Positions 25,995 through 32,000 of a DNA stretch of 32,000 bases are shown here, one piece after another. Source of the DNA: an uncultured Fibrobacterota bacterium (lineage in GTDB: Bacteria > Fibrobacterota > Fibrobacteria > Fibrobacterales > Fibrobacteraceae); the NCBI GenBank assembly GCA_903876665.1, contig CAIRAY010000133.1:7742-39741 (forward strand), written 5' to 3'. The position numbers and the translations under genes are program-made. Below the pieces are notes generated by a model. The model searched no databases. It was not told the DNA's origin and saw only the letters and a list, made by a program, of their open reading frames with translations. Positions within the stretch are counted from its first letter, which is position 1. Each line of letters opens with the position of its first letter.

Positions 25995-28900
25995 CTATTT
26001 TCTTTCCAGCAAAATCATGGGTGTCGTGGCGTCCAAAATGGATTCCCATTCCCTGCGGATTCCCTCATATTCCGATGCGTCCGCGTAAACCGACAGAGTT
26101 TCCCAGCGCATGCTGCTCGAGCTGTTCTGGGTTGTTGGCTTCTGGTCCAGCTGGATGTAATTCAGAGCATCCAACCCTTGGGATGCTTGCTTCAGTGAAA
26201 TCCCGAAACGATCTGGTCCACGGACCTTGAGGCTCCAGGAGAAGGTGGTTTCGTGGGGTAAGCGCAAGGGGTGATGGCGTTTGGTGATTTTGGGTAAACG
26301 CATGAAGCTTCTCTCCCAAATATTCGGGAACGCCCCTTGAATCCGGTCGGGACTCTGCCCAAAGTAATGAGCGGAAGTAAAGGTGACAATGAGGACCAGC
26401 GGTTTTGCAAATTCCTGCACGTTCTCTACTTTTAGGCTATTGATGGTGGCGTCAGGAATGGCTTGTTCGAGCCAGTTTGCGAGATAGCGGGTCCGTTCCT
26501 TTTGATCGCGGGAAATCATTTGTGCGCGCATGGCCGAGCCAAATTTGCCAAATAGAGTCAAGCTATCACGAAATTCGGCTTTTCCGGTGGAGTCGATGTA
26601 GAGGCTATGAGCGATGAAGGCTTGGTGTTCCTGGTCTTTTTCGAGAACCGGAGTCACGGAAATTTGAGAAGAATCCCCGTTGATGATTAGCGAAACCTTG
26701 CCTTCCAGATCTAGCGCAATGGGTCTGCGCGCTCCAGCCTTGTCGGTAGGATCTAGCCAAAGATCAGGCCAGTTTTTGCCTGCAGGCACATAGAGGACCA
26801 TGTGGTTGAACTGTTGTATGGTGGGTAAGGCCTCCGAGCCTGGTTCCTCCAAATTGACCAAGGCCATGCGGGACTTGATTCCAATGGTTTCCAGCATTTC
26901 CTTGAGGAGGAGGGACTGATCCTTGCAGTCGCCCTGGCGTTCGTTCAGGGTTGCCAGGGAAAGACTTGGAATCAAGGAATGCCCGCCAAAGGCGATGTCG
27001 CGATAGCGGATGTTTTCGCGCACCCAATCCGCCATGCGGAATATGGTCTCTTGATCGAGGGCGCGGCTACCACGTACTTCAAAGGCCTTTTCCCGTACCG
27101 GAATACTGGATTTAAACTGGTGCTGGATCATGTTCTGGTAATCCCGTCCCACCTGTTCCCAGCTCTGTTTTCCGGCGATCAGGACTCCCGCCCCGAAATC
27201 CCGGTAAACGGGCATAAATACTTCCTTGCGAATGACCACGGGAGCATCCACCGTCCATTCGATTCCACCCGGAACAGCCATTCTTTCAATGGGGCCGTAT
27301 TCTTCGGTAACGATGCTCGAGGTGTCGGTCAGCAGACGCAGAATGTCTTTGCCCACGGGAATGTCCTGTGAAGCCATGTGATGGGTGAAAGGAATCACCC
27401 CGGTATTTTCAATGCTGGTGCGGGAGACTTGAAAATAGATGAAGTCCCCGGGCTTGAGGTCGGTGAGGGGAAGGTGTGCCATTTGGGCATCGCTACCCGA
27501 TCCAGCCTCATTGAGGTAGGTGATGTATGCCTCTTTCACCGACCAGCGGGTTTTGAGCTTCCAACTGGAATCATAGACTTCAAGCGCATTCACAAATATG
27601 CGGTCGAATCCAGGGAGGAATGTGTAGGTAAATTCCTGGAAGAGGCCTGCGCCCCGCGGATCCAAAATCTCGATGAGGGCTTGCTGGGTACGGATCCAGG
27701 ACGCATTCTTGTTGGTCTTGAGAGCCTCTTCCTGCCAGTGGACCACGGCGGGAAATTCCTCGGCCCGGGCGGAATCGACGAGTCCCGCCTTCAATTCATC
27801 CTTCAGGTTACGGGGGCGGGAAACCACGGGTTCAATGGTGGCTTGCAAGGCCCGGATGTCCGCTTTTCCCAGAAACGCCTTGGTCGCGGAAAGGAAACTT
27901 TTCGCATCTTCATCGTCTGGCTTCAGTTCCAAAGCCTTATGCAGGGTGTTCTCTGCCATGCGGAATTGTTTCAAATGGAACTGGGTCTTCCCGCGGGCAT
28001 TCCAAACTTCAAAATTGTTGCTGACTTTGGGAAGTAATTCATCGGAGATGGCCAATGCCTCCTGATGTCTCCCCAAGAATGTGAGCGCATCGATTATGGC
28101 AAGTCCAATATCTTTGTTCAGAGTGAAACGACGTTTTACCGAATAAAGAAGATCCACCGCCTCTGAGTATTGATCGAGGCCCATCAAGGTTTTTGCGACA
28201 TATACGCCAAGCCGTGCCGAGGGTTGCTTGCGGTAAAGACCTTGCACGATCTCCAAGGATTGGGTGCGTTGGCCGATACCCCAAAGGGCGTCCGAGGTGT
28301 TGATCACCAGCTCGGGATCATGTGGGCTATATTGGAGTGCCATCTCATAGTATTGTAGAGCCCGATTGTAATCATGCAGCGATTCGTACATTTCGCCCAG
28401 AATCGCAAGCAGCTTTCCGCTCTTTTTGATCAAGTCGATTTGGGATAGGAAATGGTCTGTTCCCGGGCCGAATAAATTCCTCATTTGGTAAACAAATCCA
28501 CAATTGATCAAATACAAGGGTTCGGAAGGATCCATGTGGTTTGCTTTTTCAAAATAGGACAATGCGACCAGAGGCTGATCTTCGGCTAGGCGCAACAAGC
28601 CGACTTGATTTACGATGCGTGCGTTGAATTGTTGCAGGCGGGCCTGCTGGGGGAGACCTCCGGCCGGAACGGGCTCCAGCTTGAGACCATCAAGGGCGCG
28701 GTCAATCGCTTTGCGGTATCCACCGGCCAAAGAATTTTGGGTCCAGGTCGCGATCAGGATTCCGCGCCCATTTTCGTAAAAGAATCGTCCCCGATAAAAG
28801 AAGTCATAGCCACTGATCAGGCGGACGCTTTGGAAATCCTGGGTGAATACGTCCCCACTGCCTTTTTTTGTGGTTTCGAGATCGGGCGAGTCCGGGTCGA

Positions 28901-29786
28901 GTCCCAGGCGAACCATGAATACCCGGAAAAGGTCCCGGCTGGATACTTCCCCAGGGTCGACAACGGCGCCATATACGAACAGGGAGATTTCTTCGGAGGC
29001 GTTGGTGAGGGTCAAATCAGGATCGGAATTGATGGCCTCAAGACTTGTCCAGCGGTGCCAAAGGGTGTCTGGGCTTGTCCAGCGGTAACCCAGGGTCGAG
29101 GACTGGTAATTCTGCATGCGCTCCGGACTGACCGCAGGTCCTTTGGCTTTGAGGAGGTTCTGGTCGATTTGCAAGCCCGCAAAAAAGTTTTGGAATAGTC
29201 TGCGGAATTCTGTCCGGTCTCGGACCTGGTCTGCCCCACTGAGCGCTAAGGTAAAAACCTGGTTGCCGGCAAGGGCGGACAAGCCAACGGATTGAACGGG
29301 CTGGCCATCTTTTTCGCTGGCGCTTTCCCATCCCATCCCAGAAAGTTGGCCCTGGTCCATGGGCCTCAATTCTGAATAATGGATTTTCAGACTCCCGCTT
29401 TCGCGGCTTTGAATTTCAGCCTGGGCGCGGTCGGCAACCTGGGCGGCTTCATCGGGGGAGACCTCGTCCGAGGAGAGGACGGCGCGCAGCCCGGATTTGG
29501 GGTCGAAAAATTCCAGGGCCGCCAAAGGGTTGCTGGGATCGCTGACGAGGACCCATTCGGGGCCAGGAGCCACAAAGCGAAAGCCAGATCTTTGCAGATC
29601 GAGTGTTACCCCCGTGCCTTGGTCGAGAACCTGCTCCGCGGCAGTTGGAATCTCGCTCGGGGAGGTCTTGGGGGCTGCCCGTGAGGTTGTTTCGGTAGCC
29701 TTGGAGGGTTCCGCTGTGGCAGAGGGGTGCTGGGAGCAACCTAGGGCCAGGAGGAGGGGGAGCAATGCGCAAGTCTGGTTTCTCAT
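25995..29786 (-). CDS. Large TPR lipoprotein with DUF3857/transglutaminase-like region
   Basis: Lipobox MRNQTCALLPLLLALGCSQ. Multiple TPR-like helices (ALSYFEKANHMDPSEPLYLINCG, ALQYYEMALQYSPHDPELVINT, AENTLHKALELKPDDEDAKSFL). Transglutaminase-like ADWVRENIRYRD...LNERQGDCKDQSLLLKEMLETIGI...FNHMVLYV...WLDPTD. Confidence 0.8.
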   Translation of the reverse strand: MRNQTCALLPLLLALGCSQHPSATAEPSKATETTSRAAPKTSPSEIPTAAEQVLDQGTGVTLDLQRSGFRFVAPGPEWVLVSDPSNPLAALEFFDPKSGLRAVLSSDEVSPDEAAQVADRAQAEIQSRESGSLKIHYSELRPMDQGQLSGMGWESASEKDGQPVQSVGLSALAGNQVFTLALSGADQVRDRTEFRRLFQNFFAGLQIDQNLLKAKGPAVSPERMQNYQSSTLGYRWTSPDTLWHRWTSLEAINSDPDLTLTNASEEISLFVYGAVVDPGEVSSRDLFRVFMVRLGLDPDSPDLETTKKGSGDVFTQDFQSVRLISGYDFFYRGRFFYENGRGILIATWTQNSLAGGYRKAIDRALDGLKLEPVPAGGLPQQARLQQFNARIVNQVGLLRLAEDQPLVALSYFEKANHMDPSEPLYLINCGFVYQMRNLFGPGTDHFLSQIDLIKKSGKLLAILGEMYESLHDYNRALQYYEMALQYSPHDPELVINTSDALWGIGQRTQSLEIVQGLYRKQPSARLGVYVAKTLMGLDQYSEAVDLLYSVKRRFTLNKDIGLAIIDALTFLGRHQEALAISDELLPKVSNNFEVWNARGKTQFHLKQFRMAENTLHKALELKPDDEDAKSFLSATKAFLGKADIRALQATIEPVVSRPRNLKDELKAGLVDSARAEEFPAVVHWQEEALKTNKNASWIRTQQALIEILDPRGAGLFQEFTYTFLPGFDRIFVNALEVYDSSWKLKTRWSVKEAYITYLNEAGSGSDAQMAHLPLTDLKPGDFIYFQVSRTSIENTGVIPFTHHMASQDIPVGKDILRLLTDTSSIVTEEYGPIERMAVPGGIEWTVDAPVVIRKEVFMPVYRDFGAGVLIAGKQSWEQVGRDYQNMIQHQFKSSIPVREKAFEVRGSRALDQETIFRMADWVRENIRYRDIAFGGHSLIPSLSLATLNERQGDCKDQSLLLKEMLETIGIKSRMALVNLEEPGSEALPTIQQFNHMVLYVPAGKNWPDLWLDPTDKAGARRPIALDLEGKVSLIINGDSSQISVTPVLEKDQEHQAFIAHSLYIDSTGKAEFRDSLTLFGKFGSAMRAQMISRDQKERTRYLANWLEQAIPDATINSLKVENVQEFAKPLVLIVTFTSAHYFGQSPDRIQGAFPNIWERSFMRLPKITKRHHPLRLPHETTFSWSLKVRGPDRFGISLKQASQGLDALNYIQLDQKPTTQNSSSSMRWETLSVYADASEYEGIRREWESILDATTPMILLERK

Positions 29787-29862
29787 TCTATCAACCTACA
29801 GAAACCCTTGCCATACATGGGAAAGGGGAGGGGAATTTTACATTATTTTACCGCATCCATGA

Positions 29863-30945
<1,083 letters not shown>

Positions 30946-30973
30946 TTCGTGACCTGATTCATTCAGAATCTTT

Positions 30974-31008
30974 GGGCCCTGCTCTTCGGAGCGGGGTCCT
31001 TTTCTTTT
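30974..31008 (+). terminator. Intrinsic terminator downstream of gapA
   Basis: GGGCCCTGCTC-TTCG-GAGCGGGGTCC (11-bp stem with wobble pairs, UUCG loop) followed by TTTTCTTTT. Confidence 0.85.
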
Positions 31009-31129
31009 GGGACTACAAAAGCTAAAGGCGAGTATATATTTCTTCTACTGGGTCCAACTTTCCCAGAATTTCCTTGAAACTGACTCCTGGTTTGCGCATA
31101 ATCAAATCAGACACACCCTAGGAGGCTGT

Positions 31130-31810
31130 ATGCTGGGCTTAAATACAAGCAAACAAAAGAAGAATGGCGGGTTTACCTTGATCGAAATGATTGGGGTGCT
31201 TGCGATCATCGCCATTCTGGTGGCTGCAGTCGCTCCGCGGATTTTTGAAGCGATCGAGGATTCCAAGGTGACCAGCGCTTCGACAATGGCCAAGTCCGTC
31301 CAGGTGGCCTGCACCAAATATTATGCCGATATGGGCACTCTGAATCCAATTTTAGATGTGAGCGCAGCCACTCCCGCTTTTGGGAATTCGGATGGGTCCG
31401 CCCTTGCCGGGTCCTTGGCAGGAACGCTTACGCACACAAGGGATCCAGCGACTCAGAATGCGGGTTCCTGGCCAAGATTCCGTGGCCAGTATCTTGAGGC
31501 ATTCAATAATGCCGACGCTCCTTTGGGGACCGAAATGCGTTTAGCGGCAGTGGTGGCGGCAGCCCAGGGTGCAACCACCGCTGGAACAGAAACAAATTTT
31601 GACTTGACCGGGGATGGCAATGATGATCTTGTAACTCCAGCGACGGTGGTTTCCCTTGTATTCAATGGAGTCAGCGCCCGTGAATGGGAAAAACTGGATG
31701 CCATTATTGATGCTGCAGGCCTTGAAGGGAAAAATGAGACTCAGCGGGCGACTCAGGGTCGGGTCAAGTATAATGCTGGAACGGTCCGCATTTACATAGG
31801 TCACAAATAA
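31130..31810 (+). CDS. Type IV pilin-like/pseudopilin protein with prepilin-type N-terminal motif
   Basis: MLGLNTSKQKKNGGFTLIEMIGVLAIIAILVAAVAPRIFEAIEDSKVTSA: class III signal peptide G|FTLIE plus hydrophobic helix. AGGAG upstream of ATG 31130. Confidence 0.82.
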   Translation: MLGLNTSKQKKNGGFTLIEMIGVLAIIAILVAAVAPRIFEAIEDSKVTSASTMAKSVQVACTKYYADMGTLNPILDVSAATPAFGNSDGSALAGSLAGTLTHTRDPATQNAGSWPRFRGQYLEAFNNADAPLGTEMRLAAVVAAAQGATTAGTETNFDLTGDGNDDLVTPATVVSLVFNGVSAREWEKLDAIIDAAGLEGKNETQRATQGRVKYNAGTVRIYIGHK

Positions 31811-31860
31811 AATACATCAATCGTTTAGGGTGGTTTGTTGTTCTTGCCATGCCGTTGTTG

Positions 31861-31994
31861 TTGTCATGCCCGGCACGGCCGATGTGCTGCCAGTTACGGT
31901 TACTGGCAGCTATGCAAAGCTTGGCCACTTTTGGCTTCGCCAATTTCCACACAGTGGATATGTGCCTGTAACCGCTGAAGCGGAACAGGCATAT
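31861..31994. repeat. REP-like palindromic intergenic region at window end
   Basis: TTGTCATGCCCGGCACGGC (31861-31879) is identical to the reverse complement of 8675-8693. It is followed by GCTGCCAGT-tacggtt-ACTGGCAGC and by a bipartite hairpin GCCTGT-aa-CCGCT-ga-AGCGG-a-ACAGGC (31964-31990). Confidence 0.65.
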
Positions 31995-32000
31995 CAAGTC

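Overview
The window looks like Fibrobacterota-type DNA; the main taxonomic clue is a tandem FISUMP-domain protein at the left edge. Gene content, left to right: (1) truncated FISUMP protein (+). (2) Minus-strand cluster: CHASE2-adenylate/guanylate cyclase-PilZ, FecR-domain protein, and a predicted beta-helix/beta-barrel surface protein. (3) Secreted PL8-family polysaccharide lyase (-). (4) Tightly packed chemosensory operon (-): mcp, cheA (with two CheW-like domains and a REC), cheW, cheB (degenerate receiver), cheR, cheY. (5) trpS (+). (6) Six-gene plus-strand operon: a fusion of a FliF C-terminal part with a whole FliG-like protein, a predicted outer-membrane protein, a TPR-like lipoprotein, MotA, MotB and a membrane protein. 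(7) ychF (-), a small lipoprotein (+), a large TPR/transglutaminase-like lipoprotein (-), gapA (+) and a prepilin-like protein (+). REP-like palindromic repeats containing TGTCATGCCCGGCA sit in three intergenic regions. The strongest candidate for an undescribed system is the compact FliF-FliG fusion + OM protein + lipoprotein + MotAB operon next to a chemosensory operon. It could be a reduced or non-flagellar rotary or gliding motor. Everything here is read by eye; no database searches were run.
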